From: Breoghania sp.
Lineage (GTDB): Bacteria; Pseudomonadota; Alphaproteobacteria; Rhizobiales; Stappiaceae
Direction: 5' to 3'
Assembly (NCBI RefSeq): GCF_030066895.1
Contig: NZ_JASJAV010000017.1
Location: 74,026-138,025 of the forward strand
Length of the DNA: 64,000 nt
Both the position numbers and the translations under genes were made by a program. Position 1 is the stretch's first letter; the number at the start of each line of letters is the position of its first letter. Of the stretch, positions 34,242 to 45,538 are shown in pieces. The notes beneath the pieces were generated by a model that searched no databases, was not told the origin of the DNA, and was given only the letters and a program-made list of their open reading frames with translations.

Positions 34242-35447
34242 ATGACGAAGAAGGTTCTCTTGCTCGCCGCCACGGCTGGCTTCGTGACAATTTCCGGCGC
34301 TCAGGCCGCAAACCTGCCGGTCGCTCCGGAACCGGTTGATTACGTCCGTGTCTGCGACGCTTACGGCGCCGGCTACTTCTACATTCGGGGCACCGAGACG
34401 TGCCTGCGTATTGGCGATGGCATGCGTGTCAAGTTCCGTTTCCGCGACTTTGCTGACGACGGCAACGCGACCGCGGATTGGGGCAGCCGTGATGCCGACG
34501 GCACCTCTATCCGTGCACGTGCTTACGTCCGCTTTGACTCCCGCACCCAGACCGAATACGGCGCTGCTGCGCACCTACGTCGACCTGTGGTTCACCGGTG
34601 ATCCCGGCGGTTAGCTGTCCCCGACCGTGACGCTGTGGGATGGCTTCATCCAGTTCGGCGGTTTCACCTTCGGTCGTGCCGAGTCCTTCTTCGATTTCTA
34701 CACCGGCGACAACTGGGGCTCGCTGATCCAGCAGGGCTTCTCCGATCATCGCACCAATCTGTTCGCCTACACCTACGGTTTCGGCAACGGCTTCTCGGCC
34801 TCACTGTCGGTGGAGAGGACGCGACCTTCGTGCGCAACACGAATCTTCACGGCTCGGGTGCTACGGCGACCGTGGACTTTTACGGCGGTCACAAGTTGCC
34901 GGATCTGGTTGCCAAACTGCGTGTTGACCAGGGATGGGGATCCGCTCAGCTCATGGGCACGCTGCACCAGAACTACGGCAATTCCTCCATCCCGGATTCG
35001 GAGATTGGGTGGGACGTCGGTGCCGGAGTGACCTTCAATGCTCCGATGCTGGCTCCCGGTGATACCGTTTCGTTCCAGGTGGCCTATTCGAAAGGCGCAA
35101 TGCGTTATGTCCATGAAAATGCCGCGCTGTCGGACATGATCCCGGCATTGTCCTCCAATGTTAATCCCTCCAATGACTGGGGCGTTGGCGGTGGTATTAC
35201 CCACCATTGGACGCCGACTCTCTCCTCCGCTGTGACGGGAAATTACAGCTACATGGAAAGCGACATTCTCGGCGCGGATTTTGAAGTCAAGCAGTGGGGC
35301 GCCCAGGGTAACCTTGTGTGGTTTCCGGTTGCCGGTTTCCTGATGGGGGTCGAGCTCGAATATGAGGGGCTGAACTGGTCCTCGAATACGCCCTTTGGCA
35401 GCGAGGATAATATGGTCGACGTCTTCCACGCCCAACGCACCTTCTGA
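34242..35447 (+). pseudogene. Second Omp2/RopA-family porin, disrupted
   Basis: Paralogue of 32774-33979. +1 insertion near 34561, TAG 34612-34614, +2 insertion near 34812; ends in HAQRTF. Confidence 0.92.
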
Positions 35448-35475
35448 TCGACAATCGGTCTGAGAAATGAAAAAG

Positions 35476-35506
35476 GCCCGGCGGTTTCATTTCGCTGGGC
35501 TTTTTT
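35476..35506. terminator. Bidirectional terminator between porin 2 and slt
   Basis: aaaag-gcccggcgg...tcgctgggc-tttttt. Confidence 0.75.
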
Positions 35507-35547
35507 GTTTGTGATCATTTCGGCTTTCGAGAACGTGGGCCTTCAGG

Positions 35548-37798
35548 TCAGTTCGGCTTGCCGCGGGGGAGGTCTGCGGCGATGTTCAGGCCCTTGCCGT
35601 CGAGGCGGGCGCGGTAGACCTGCAGGTTCTCGGTGATCCGCTGCACGTAGTTGCGCGTCTAGGTGAAGGGGATCCGTTCCACCCAATCCACCTGATCGAC
35701 CTTGCCCGAGCGCGGATCACCGAAACGATCGATCCATTCGTACACCCGGCTGCGCCCGGCATTGTAGGTGGCGAACGTCATGATGTAGGAGCCGTCGAAT
35801 TCGTCGATCAGTTCCTTCAGGTGTTCCGCGCTCAGTGTGGTGTTGTAGGCCGGGTCGTTGGTCAGCGCGCTCTTGGAGTACCGCATGCCGATCTTGCGCG
35901 CCGTCGCCTTGGCTGTGCCGGGCATGAGTTGCAGAAGTCCCAGCGCGCCCGCACTGCTTTTGGTTTGCGGGTTGAAGGTGCTTTCCTGGCGTGCGATGGC
36001 ATAGACAACCGGCTTCTCGACCCCCGAAATACGGGCCTTCTTCGGAATGGCTGCCGTCGGGAAGGCGAGGGCGGCGGCATCGTTGTTTCGTCCGGCCGCC
36101 AGCTTGCCGACCATCAGCGCCAACTGGTGCGTGCCGTGCTCTTCGGCGAGATCCGCCAGCAGCGCCACCTGGCCCGCATTGGGCAGAGTCAGCGCGAGAG
36201 TGCGGAAGAGCAGGGTGATCTCGTCGAACTGACCGGCCTTCTCCATTCGCCGGATCGCATGCACCAGTTCATTGCGATTGAACGCCAGCCTGTCGACCGT
36301 CGTCGGCTTGGGCGGCTGAGGCATGGCCTCCTGGGCCATGCCGAGCCGTGCACGGGCGAGTTGGTCGTAATAGGTCATGCCGTAAACGGCCGCGAGACCG
36401 TAGGCCTTCCTGGCATCCGTCTTCTTGCCCTGCACCTCGAGCGCGCGGCCGATCCAGTATTGCGCACGCGAGATGGTGATCGGCGTGGTGTCGATGCGCG
36501 CGATATTGCAGAAATGCGGTTCGGCGCGGCGGGCGTCGTCCAGGAAACGCAGCGCGTACCAGCCTGCATGGAACTCGGTCTCCGCATATTTGGCCGGCGA
36601 AACTGCGCTGTGATTGGCGGCGATCGCGTAAGCCGCCCGTGGGTCGCCCAGATCGAGCGCGATGCGCGAGTCCAGACGGCGTTCGATCCACCATTCATCT
36701 GGATTGACCAGCCGGTCCGGCTTGGTCGATGCCTTCAGCATCAGATTGACGGCCCCGCGGCGGTCATTTGCCCGGCGCAGCATCTGAATGCGTGCGAAGG
36801 TGTAGCCCGCACGGGCCTTTTGCGAGCGCGGCACCACATCCATCAGCCGCCGCTGGTTCTTGTCGCGGCGGATGACGGTAACGCGCGCCTTCTTTACATA
36901 GGCCTGGGTCGCGGAGTTCAGCTTCTTGGAAAGCTCCAGCGCGTCGTTCGTGTGCTCCTTGTAGAGCAGCATCTCCACCCGTCGGTCATGGTTGGAGGTG
37001 CGCAGAAGTTGACCGAAATCCCTGAGGATCAGCCGCTCAGACCCCTCATCGAAAGTGTCCGTGTGCCAGACCTTGCGGATGATGTTCGCCGCTTCGCTGG
37101 TTCTGCCCGTATCCATCAGCGCGCGGGCATAGGCGACCTTGCCCGTCAGCGTGATCGGCCCGGCGCTGCGATAGGCGGCGAGGACGGCGGAATCTTCCGG
37201 CTTATCGCGCGAGAAGGCGACTTCCGCGCGCCGCCGCATCAGCTTGGCATTCGGCCAGTGCGGCGCTTCGCGGGTAAACTCCGTGATGAAGGCGGACGGA
37301 ATGACGGGATCGCCGGAAACGATGATCCGCCGGTCGAGCGAAGGCTGCATGCGGTTGCGGATCGCCATTGCGGCAGCGACGTCGCCCTTGTCGATGGCCC
37401 CTCAAGCGCGCTTTTCAGGCTCGCGACCAGTCCCGCGCTGTCGGGGGCGGACAGGCCGACGGCCTCGGCTGCGTCCTCGTCGTCGGAATAAAGCGGCGAG
37501 CGGGTTGGCGTCGGAACCGAATAGGCGGCGCTCGGCGTGGGATCGGCATAGGCGGATCGCTCGGGCCGAAGTGGGCTTGGGCCGGGCATGGGCGCGCTGC
37601 CGGTCACCATCTGGGTGATGGCTTCGCTTGCGGTCTAGGGGCTGGAGCCGGAACGGTATTGGTCTGCGGCTTGGCGCGGGGCAGGGCGGACACCGCCTCG
37701 AAGGCAAGGGCGGACTGAGTCCCCGGTAAGATTGCCAGCGAGGTGGAGATTGCTGCGAGCAGCAGGCCTCGCGCGCGCATTTGCATCCGGTTCGGCAT
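35548..37798 (-). pseudogene. slt: Slt70-like soluble lytic murein transglycosylase
   Basis: YAIARQES.FNP...SSAGALGLLQLMP.TA, YNAGRSRV..W, WVERIPFT*TRNYVQR. TAG 35659-35661 replaces the Glu of ET(R)NY; two N-terminal frameshifts near 37400 and 37610. Divergent from dapA. Confidence 0.9.
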
Positions 37799-38155
37799 CG
37801 CACCCGGTCGCTCAACGGCCGGGCGAACCTCTGCCGTTGTTGAAACGATCGTCGCGCGTGTCATGGAAGTTGCCATTCATGCATCCCGCAATCGGCGTAA
37901 ATCATTGGAAATCGGGCCGGACTGCCGCAATATTCGCCAGACCTGCGACGCTCCGATGCTATCGCGAGAGCAATTAACGGGGCGTTTACCAATCCTGCCG
38001 TCGTTGCGGCTTTTGTGTGGCCGAAGCGAGGTGGCGAAAAGCCTCTGTACGCACTTGAAACCTCGGCTTGCCGAGGCTCCCGCGGACGACTATTGTCCGG
38101 CGCTATTCAACCGCGTGAACGCGGCAGGAAAACGGCAGAATTAGAGGAAGCCAAG

Positions 38156-39037
38156 ATGTTCAAGGGATCTATTACCGCACTCGTTACACCGTTCCTGAAT
38201 GGTTCGGTCGACGAGAAAGGGTTTCAGGATTTCGTGGACTGGCAGATAAAAGAAGGCTCCCATGGGCTTGTACCGGTGGGAACCACCGGCGAATCCCCGA
38301 CCTTGAGCCACGATGAGCACAAGCGCGTCGTGAGGCTCTGCGTGGAAGCCGCCGCAGGCCGTGTTCCGGTTATTGCGGGCGCAGGTTCCAACAACACCGC
38401 GGAAGCGATCGAGCTGGCGCGGTCGGCCGAAGCTTCGGGCGCGGACGCGGTTCTGGTCGTAACCCCTTATTACAACAAGCCGAACCAGGAAGGGCTCTAC
38501 CAGCATTTCAAGGTGGTGAACGACGCCATCTCCATTCCGATCATCATCTACAACATCCCGACTCGCTCGGTGATCGACATGAAGACAGAGACGATGGCGC
38601 GGCTGTTCAAGGACTGCAAGAACATCGACGGCGTGAAGGACGCCACGGCGAACATCACGCGGGTCTGCGAACAGCGTGAGGTGATGGGGCCGGAGTTCAA
38701 CCAGTTGTCGGGCGAAGATGCGACGGCGCTGGGCTTCATGGCACATGGTGGCCACGGCTGCATTTCGGTGACCGCCAACGTGGCGCCGAAGTTGTGTGCA
38801 GAATTCCAGCAGGCGTGCCTGTCGGGCGATTTCGCCAAGGCGCTGGTGGAGTATCAGGACCGTCTGGTTCCGCTTCACCGCGTGATGTTCCTTGAACCGA
38901 ACCCGGGCGGGGCCAAATATGCCCTGTCGCTGCTCGGCAAGATGGAGAACCGGTTGCGCCTGCCGCTGGTGCCCGTGTCCGAGCCGACCCAGGCAAAGAT
39001 CCGCGATGCGATGGTGCATGCGGGTCTGATCAACTGA
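38156..39037 (+). CDS. dapA: 4-hydroxy-tetrahydrodipicolinate synthase
   Basis: [51 protein letters not shown]. Intact. Confidence 0.98.
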   Translation: MFKGSITALVTPFLNGSVDEKGFQDFVDWQIKEGSHGLVPVGTTGESPTLSHDEHKRVVRLCVEAAAGRVPVIAGAGSNNTAEAIELARSAEASGADAVLVVTPYYNKPNQEGLYQHFKVVNDAISIPIIIYNIPTRSVIDMKTETMARLFKDCKNIDGVKDATANITRVCEQREVMGPEFNQLSGEDATALGFMAHGGHGCISVTANVAPKLCAEFQQACLSGDFAKALVEYQDRLVPLHRVMFLEPNPGGAKYALSLLGKMENRLRLPLVPVSEPTQAKIRDAMVHAGLIN

Positions 39038-39149
39038 GACCAGGCGTAAGCCCCAGCGCTTTGCGCCGTCTCGGCAGATATTGCGAACCGAATCTGAGGC
39101 CGGGCGGTCAACCAACGTCTGGCCCTTCTGTCAGGAAGGGCTGATCCAA

Positions 39150-39629
39150 ATGGCTAAGAAGCCGCACGAGCAGACGAACCGCAAGGTCGTCGCCGACAAC
39201 CGGAAGGCCCGGTTCAACTACGAGATCATCGACACCGTTGAAGCGGGGCTGGAACTGACCGGTACCGAGGTCAAGTCGCTGCGCGCCGGCAAGAGCATGA
39301 TCGCGGAATCCTACGCCACCGAGCAGGGCGGCGAGATCTATCTGATCAACAGCTTCATTCCCGAATACCTGCAGGGCAACCGCTTCAACCACGAGCCCAA
39401 GCGCCCGCGCCGACTTCTTCTGCACAAGAAGGAGATCAGCAAGCTGCTCGGCGCCGTCCAGAAGGACGGTATGACACTTGTGCCGCTGAAGCTCTATTTC
39501 AACGATCGCGGGTGGGCGAAGTTGGAACTGGCGGTCGCGCGCGGCAAGAAGCTGCACGACAAGCGCGAGACGGAAAAGAAACGCGACTGGGAGCGCGAAA
39601 AGGGCCGCCTCCTGCGCGAGAAGGGCTGA
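39150..39629 (+). CDS. smpB: SsrA-binding protein
   Basis: [51 protein letters not shown]. Intact. Confidence 0.98.
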   Translation: MAKKPHEQTNRKVVADNRKARFNYEIIDTVEAGLELTGTEVKSLRAGKSMIAESYATEQGGEIYLINSFIPEYLQGNRFNHEPKRPRRLLLHKKEISKLLGAVQKDGMTLVPLKLYFNDRGWAKLELAVARGKKLHDKRETEKKRDWEREKGRLLREKG

Positions 39630-39633
39630 CGCC

Positions 39634-39861
39634 GTGCCGACGGTCGCCGACATTCGCGCGGAAGGCGTACGGCTCACCATCTGTTGCCCGAACTGCGCGC
39701 GGTTGCGTTATCTCAACATCGACCGGCTGGATCAGTCCGCGACTCTGGAAGAGGTGGCCGCGGGCCTGAAATGCACGCGGTGCCTGGAGCCGGATATCGA
39801 GGTGCGGATCATGCGGTGCGACCCCGAGACGGGCTTCTGGCCTGCGGAGAGTGCGCGCTAG
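39634..39861 (+). CDS. Small putative Zn-ribbon protein (75 aa, CxxC...CxxC)
   Basis: GTG start 4 nt after the smpB stop; CCPNC and KCTRC pairs; exactly fills the gap before convergent parC. Confidence 0.6.
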   Translation: MPTVADIRAEGVRLTICCPNCARLRYLNIDRLDQSATLEEVAAGLKCTRCLEPDIEVRIMRCDPETGFWPAESAR

Positions 39862-39923
39862 GCGAGGGGGAGGAAGGCACGTGCTGTGTGCCTGCGTGCT
39901 TTGCCCCAACCAATCCCTTCCGA

Positions 39924-42203
39924 CTACCCAAGCCCGTTCGAACCGAACTTGTTCGAGCGTGGGAAGCCCGTCGGCGGCAGGCGGCCGGCCTGGGCGCGGT
40001 CACCGCACCAGTCGGAGAGTTCTTCCAGCGTGCGGGTGAAGCTGTGGCCGGCCGAGTTGATCCAGGTCAGCCCCTCTTCTGCCTTGAACACCACCGCGTC
40101 CGAAATGCCGCCGTCGCAATAGCGCTGCAGACGCACGCCGCGCCCGCGTGTCATCTCGCCGACCTGTTCCAGCGGGAACACCAGAAGCTTGCGGTTCGTG
40201 CCGATCACCGCGATGCGGTCGCCGTCGGCGGGAACGCAGAGCTTCGCTTCCGCATCGGCGGAAACGTTCAGCACCTGCTTGCCCTTGCGCGTATTGGCGA
40301 CGATGTCGTCCTCGCTGACGACGAAGCCGCGCGCATCGGTGGCCGCCACCAGCAGCTTGCGGCCCGGCTTGTGCACGAAGACGGCGACGATGTCCTGATC
40401 CTGATCCATGTCGACCATCAGACGGATCGGCTCGCCCTGACTGCGCCCGCCCGGCAGCTTGTCCGGCGTCAGAGTGAAGAAGCGCCCACCGGTGGAGAAG
40501 ACCAGCAGCTTGTCCGTCATCTCCGCCGGGAAGGCAAAGGCGAGGCCGTCGCCCTGCTTGAACGACAGGCCGGAGGTGTCCTGGATGTGGCCCTTCATGA
40601 CCCGGATCCAGCCCTTCTGGGAGACGACAACCGTGATCGGTTCGCGCTCGATCATGGTGTTGTGGATCCCCTCAAGGTCGATGTCTTCTGCCTCGCCGAA
40701 CTGCGTGCGACGCTTGCCCATCTCCGTCTCCGGGCCGTAGCTCTTGCGCACGGTGCGGATTTCGGAGGAGATCGTCTTCCACTGCAGGTCGTCTGAGGCG
40801 AGCAGCGCGTTCAGCTCGTCGCGCTCGGCCGCCAGCTTGTCGTGCTCGCCGCTGATCTCCATCTCTTCCAGCTTGCGCAACGACCGCAGCCGCATGTTGA
40901 GGATCGCCTCGGCCTGGATTTCCGACAGGCTGAAGGTCTTCATCAATTCGCGCTTGGGCTCATCCTCGTGGCGGATGATGCGGATCATCTCATCGAGGTT
41001 GAGATAGGCGATCAGGTAGCCGTCGAGCACTTCCAGTCGGTGCTCGATCTTGTCCAGCCGGTGCTGCGAACGGCGGATGAGCACTTCCTTGCGGTGCTCC
41101 AGCCATTGCGAGAGCACGTTCCGGAGGCCGAGAACGTTCGGCACCTGGCCGCGCGACAGCACGTTCATGTTGAGCGGGAACCGGCTTTCCAGATCCGTCA
41201 GCTTGAACAGCGAGGCCATCAGCAGGTGCTCGTCCACATTGCGCGAGCGCGGCTCAAGCACAATGCGGATGTCTTCGGCGGACTCGTCGCGGATATCGGC
41301 CAGAAATGGCAGCTTGCGGGCCATCAGAAGCTCGGTGATCTTCTCGATCAGCTTCGACTTCTGCACCTGATAGGGGATCTCGGTGATCACCACCACCCAG
41401 GTGCCGCGCCCGGTTTCTTCCTTTTCCCACTTGGCTTGCACGCGGAACCCACCGCGCCCGGTCTTGTAGGCTTCAAGGATGGAGGTCGGATACTCCACCA
41501 GCACACCGCCGGTCGGGAAATCGGGGCCCTTGGTGAATTCCACCAGCTTTTCAGTCGGCGCGTTGGGATGCTTGATCAGATGAAGCGCGGCGTCGCAGAT
41601 CTCTGCCACGTTGTGCGAGGGGATCGACGTCGCCATGCCAACCGCGATGCCGGCGGAACCGTTCGCCAGCAGGTTCGGGAACCCGCCGGGCAACACCACC
41701 GGTTCCTGGTCGAGCCCGTCATAGGTCTCGCGGAAGTCGATCGCGTCCTCGTCGATGCCGTCGAGCAGCAGGCGGGCGGTCTCGGTGAGGCGGGCCTCGG
41801 TGTAACGCATGGCGGCGGCGCTATCGCCGTCGATATTGCCGAAATTGCCCTGGCCCTCGGCCAGCGGATAGCGCTGCGAGAATTCCTGGGCGAGACGCAC
41901 GAGGGCGTCATAGATCGCGCTGTCGCCGTGCGGGTGATATTTACCCATGACGTCGCCGACGATGCGCGCGCACTTCTTGAAGCCCTGACCGGGATCGAGC
42001 TTGAGCAACCGCATGGCATAGAGCAGGCGGCGATGGACCGGCTTCATGCCATCGCGCACGTCGGGTAGCGCGCGGTGCATGATGGTCGACAGCGCATAGG
42101 CGAGATAGCGCTCTTCCAGCGCCTCGCGAAAATCGATCTGCTCGATGCCGTCCGGCCCTTCAGGACCCCCGGCGCCTCCTGGCGGAATCAGCTTGTTTCC
42201 CAT
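39924..42203 (-). CDS. parC: DNA topoisomerase IV subunit A
   Basis: [64 protein letters not shown]; short CTD ending [11 protein letters not shown], as in alphaproteobacterial ParC. Intact. Confidence 0.95.
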   Translation of the reverse strand: MGNKLIPPGGAGGPEGPDGIEQIDFREALEERYLAYALSTIMHRALPDVRDGMKPVHRRLLYAMRLLKLDPGQGFKKCARIVGDVMGKYHPHGDSAIYDALVRLAQEFSQRYPLAEGQGNFGNIDGDSAAAMRYTEARLTETARLLLDGIDEDAIDFRETYDGLDQEPVVLPGGFPNLLANGSAGIAVGMATSIPSHNVAEICDAALHLIKHPNAPTEKLVEFTKGPDFPTGGVLVEYPTSILEAYKTGRGGFRVQAKWEKEETGRGTWVVVITEIPYQVQKSKLIEKITELLMARKLPFLADIRDESAEDIRIVLEPRSRNVDEHLLMASLFKLTDLESRFPLNMNVLSRGQVPNVLGLRNVLSQWLEHRKEVLIRRSQHRLDKIEHRLEVLDGYLIAYLNLDEMIRIIRHEDEPKRELMKTFSLSEIQAEAILNMRLRSLRKLEEMEISGEHDKLAAERDELNALLASDDLQWKTISSEIRTVRKSYGPETEMGKRRTQFGEAEDIDLEGIHNTMIEREPITVVVSQKGWIRVMKGHIQDTSGLSFKQGDGLAFAFPAEMTDKLLVFSTGGRFFTLTPDKLPGGRSQGEPIRLMVDMDQDQDIVAVFVHKPGRKLLVAATDARGFVVSEDDIVANTRKGKQVLNVSADAEAKLCVPADGDRIAVIGTNRKLLVFPLEQVGEMTRGRGVRLQRYCDGGISDAVVFKAEEGLTWINSAGHSFTRTLEELSDWCGDRAQAGRLPPTGFPRSNKFGSNGLG

Positions 42204-42318
42204 GTGTTTTGGGTATCGCGCGGGCGCGAATCGCGCAAGGCGGGAAAGCGCGGAATTGGCAGGATTGCGAGGAAAACAGGGGGCTGAGGGAGCGTTTCTT
42301 CGCCGCCTTGAGGCCGTA

Positions 42319-42359
42319 CCTCTCCTTCACCTCTCCCATTGGGAGAGGTGAAGGAGAGG
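42319..42359. repeat. Perfect 19-bp hairpin (REP-like)
   Basis: cctctccttcacctctccc-att-gggagaggtgaaggagagg between recO and parC. Confidence 0.85.
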
Positions 42360-42432
42360 GGAGGAGATATCGCCGTACCCTTGAGAGCTCGGCGTCCCGC
42401 TCCAAAGCCGAAGGGTAAAGGCTCTTGGCCGC

Positions 42433-43173
42433 CTATGCCAATGCCCGCTGCATCGTCGTGACGAATGCCTCGTGCGCCGTCGGCCACGGTAGTTCGCGCG
42501 GGCCATAGATGCGGCGGTCGAGGAAAAAGCCCGTCAGGCGGAAGGCGTCGGTCAGTTCCTGCAAGGTCGCACTCGCGGTCTCGTTGGTGCCTTCCAGCCG
42601 GTGCAGGAAGGCGGGCAGCGGCAACAGCCTGGTCGCATAGGACGCGCCCGCTTCGCGGCTGACCGCGCGGCCCGATTTCGGCGAAACCCAGATGAGATCG
42701 TGTGTCACGCCCGTCGCCGCACAGTGCGAAAGATCGAGCCCGACGCCCAGTTCGTTCAGCATCTCAAGCTCGAAGCGCACCAGCAGGGCGGCGGCAAGGC
42801 CGGCATTGTCCATGTGGTCGAGCACGACCTGCAGCGCGTTGTAGAGCCTGGGATTGGGATCTCGTTCGGGGAGCAGGCGTAAGAGCGCGGCGAGCGTCTG
42901 GACGCCATGAATGCCGATTGGGGTTTCCATCAGGGCGGCGGCGCGGAATTCCAGCCCCTCGACATGAAAATTGCCGAGATGCCCGTCGAGGCGCGCGCGC
43001 CAGGTGAGGCGGACGGAATTTCCTGGTTGTAGGGTCGGCTGCATCTTGCGCGAACGCCCGCCGCGCACCAGCCCCAGATGCCGACCGCGCGTTGCCGTCA
43101 TCGCCTCCAGTATGACGGAGGATTCTCCGTGTTTTTGGGTGCCAAGGACAATGGCGTCGTCGCTCCATTCCAT
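42433..43173 (-). CDS. recO: DNA repair protein RecO
   Basis: MEWSDDAIVLG...HGES, GRHLGLVRGGRS, QPGN, WRARL..HLG, ELG.GLDLS.CAATG, VSPKSGRAVS. Intact. Confidence 0.97.
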   Translation of the reverse strand: MEWSDDAIVLGTQKHGESSVILEAMTATRGRHLGLVRGGRSRKMQPTLQPGNSVRLTWRARLDGHLGNFHVEGLEFRAAALMETPIGIHGVQTLAALLRLLPERDPNPRLYNALQVVLDHMDNAGLAAALLVRFELEMLNELGVGLDLSHCAATGVTHDLIWVSPKSGRAVSREAGASYATRLLPLPAFLHRLEGTNETASATLQELTDAFRLTGFFLDRRIYGPRELPWPTAHEAFVTTMQRALA

Positions 43174-43444
43174 GACGCGAGATTAGACGATTTCGATCGG
43201 CAAATGGGAACATTGAAGCCGGGGCGAACCAATGTTCGCGTCCCGATGCACGTCGTTGTTCGCGGAGGTTCGTCGCTAGGCAATTTAAATAAAATCTCGA
43301 CTGGTGATTAGTATAGATTGAATAAAATAGATGTTAATTTGATATTTTTATATCTAAGATATTGTTATTAATTACTGATAATAATGATAAAATTCGTATA
43401 TATTATAAAATCATATGGAATTCACATAATATTAAGGCGCCATC

Positions 43445-45526
43445 TTGTTTCTGGATGTTAGGATCTATGTTGCGCGGGTGGGAAAGATATATCTCAAGAA
43501 ATTCGCTTATCTTTTGATTGGTGCCATGATTTCCGGTGCGGTGATATCCAGTGCGGATCGAATTGTGGAGATAGAGCGGGACTGGATCGCCTACTCCGAC
43601 CGCAAGTCACAGCGTTACGAAGGATTGGAATATCTCACCGCCGCGCTGGGCTATGGCGGGATGATCCATCAGTTCAAGAATTACGTGTTGCGCGGCGATG
43701 CCGGACGCATCTCGCGTGTCCGCGCCGCGATCGGCGGTGCGGATATGGCGCTTCAGGTGTATTCCGCCGCCGATCTGACGAGCGCGGAAACGTCGGCCGT
43801 ATTCGACATTCGCGGTGTCATCGAGGCTTACGGAGAGGCCTTGAATGTCGCCATCGAAAAGGTCGGCGAGGGTCTGTCGCCTGAGGAAATCGATGCTGAG
43901 GTTAAGGTCGATGACGGTCCGGCGCTGAAGGGGATCGAGACGCTCTTTGCCGCGCTCGGGGCGCACCGGGCGGGGGCGTCCGGACAATTGAAGGGCGATC
44001 TGCTCTTCGCCATGCGTCGGTATATGGGCTATGGCGGCATGATCCATCAGTTCAAGAACTATGTCTTGCGCAAGGATGCGGGCAGGCTCGACAAGATCCG
44101 CGCTGCAGGCGAAGGCGCCTTGGAGGACATCAAGTGGTACCGTGCATTGCCGAATTCAAGCGGGGAGGAGGCAGCTCTCTCTGAGATCGAAAACGTTGTG
44201 ACGGCCTATCTGTCGGCAAGCGATACCGTGCAGGCGATGGCGGGGGACGGCAAGACGACGCGAGAAATCGATCAGGTCGTGAAAATCAACGACGGACCGG
44301 CCGTCAAGGGACTGGCCGACCTGGAGCAGCAGTTGACTCTCAATGCGGATGCCGCCCGCGACGAGCTGATCGGGAGCATTCGTACCGTCTTCGGAGCAGC
44401 CCCCCTATGTGGTCGGCTTTGTCGTCATCTCGCTGGTCATCGTGGCGGTTCTCATCGGATATATGCTTTTCGGCCGAATCCTGTCGCCCATGTCCCATAT
44501 GTCGGAGGTCATGAACCGTCTTGCGGAAGGGCATGCGGAGGTCGACATCTGTTGTCTCGAGCGCCGCGACGAACTGGGCGACATGGCGCGCACCGTCGAG
44601 GTGTTCCGCGGAAATCTCGTCAAGAACCGCGAGTTGGAACAGGAAAATCGCAACACTTCGGTATTGGCCGAGCAACGCCGCAAGGAGGATCTGGGCCGGG
44701 TGCTGGACGACTTCCAGCACACTGTCGGCACGATTGTGGAGGGCGTTTTCAACGCCGCCGAAACCCTGTCTCGCAACGCCAACGGCATGTCGGATGTCGC
44801 GGATCGAACCAACGGTGAAATGTCGTCGGTCTCCGACTCGGCTCAGGAAGCGAGCGAGAACGTTCACGCGGTTGCAGCGGCCGCGGAAGAACTGGCGGCG
44901 AGCATCAACGAAGTCGCCGAACAGATTTCCAACACGTCGGAGCTGACCATATCCACCGCGAGCGAAGTTGGCAGGACAACGGATTCCGTGCGCCAGCTGG
45001 GGAACATGGTTTCCAAGGTCGCCGAGGTCACCAACCTCATTCAGGACATTGCGGAGCAGACGAACCTGCTGGCACTGAATGCGACCATCGAGGCGGCGCG
45101 GGCCGGTGACGCCGGACGGGGCTTTGCGGTGGTCGCGTCAGAAGTCAAGGATCTCGCGACGCAGACCTCCAAGGCGACCGAGGAGATCAAGAGCCAGGTG
45201 GAGGAAATTCAGAACGCGTCGTCGAAGTCCGTGGGCGCGGTGGAGCACATGGCCACGATGGTGTAGAAGATCTCCGAAAGCGCGAGCGTGATCGCGGAGG
45301 CTGCAACCGAGCAGGGGGCTGCGACCGGCGAGATCGCACAGAACGCGTCAAGGGCATCGACGGCACGCTGCGGGTCAGCAAGGGCGTCGCCGGCGTGTCC
45401 TCCGCCACGCGTGAAACGGGTACGGTGAGTTCGGAGGTCGCCAGTGCCGCCACCGAACTCAACGCTCAGGCGACGGAACTACGTGATCAGATTTCGGCAT
45501 TCGTCTCCCGCGTCAGGGCCGCCTGA
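43445..45526 (+). pseudogene. Methyl-accepting chemotaxis protein with duplicated sensor module, disrupted
   Basis: TM - 2x sensor - TM - HAMP ([15 protein letters not shown]) - MA ([34 protein letters not shown]). +1 in a C-run near 44403, TAG 45264-45266, frameshift near 45355. Start uncertain. Confidence 0.92.
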
Positions 45527-45538
45527 GCGAAAAGCCTT

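Noticed and set aside
39924-42203. gyrA instead of parC
   Set aside because: Short C-terminal domain without a GyrA box, the alphaproteobacterial ParC-type C-terminus, and position next to recO.
9604-45266. Stop-codon reassignment (TAG->Gln or TGA->Trp) explaining the internal stops
   Set aside because: Internal TAG falls at Gln, Trp, Glu and Ser positions and TGA at Trp and Arg positions. The same genes also have frameshifts, and TAG/TGA end intact genes normally (gatB TAG, smpB TGA).
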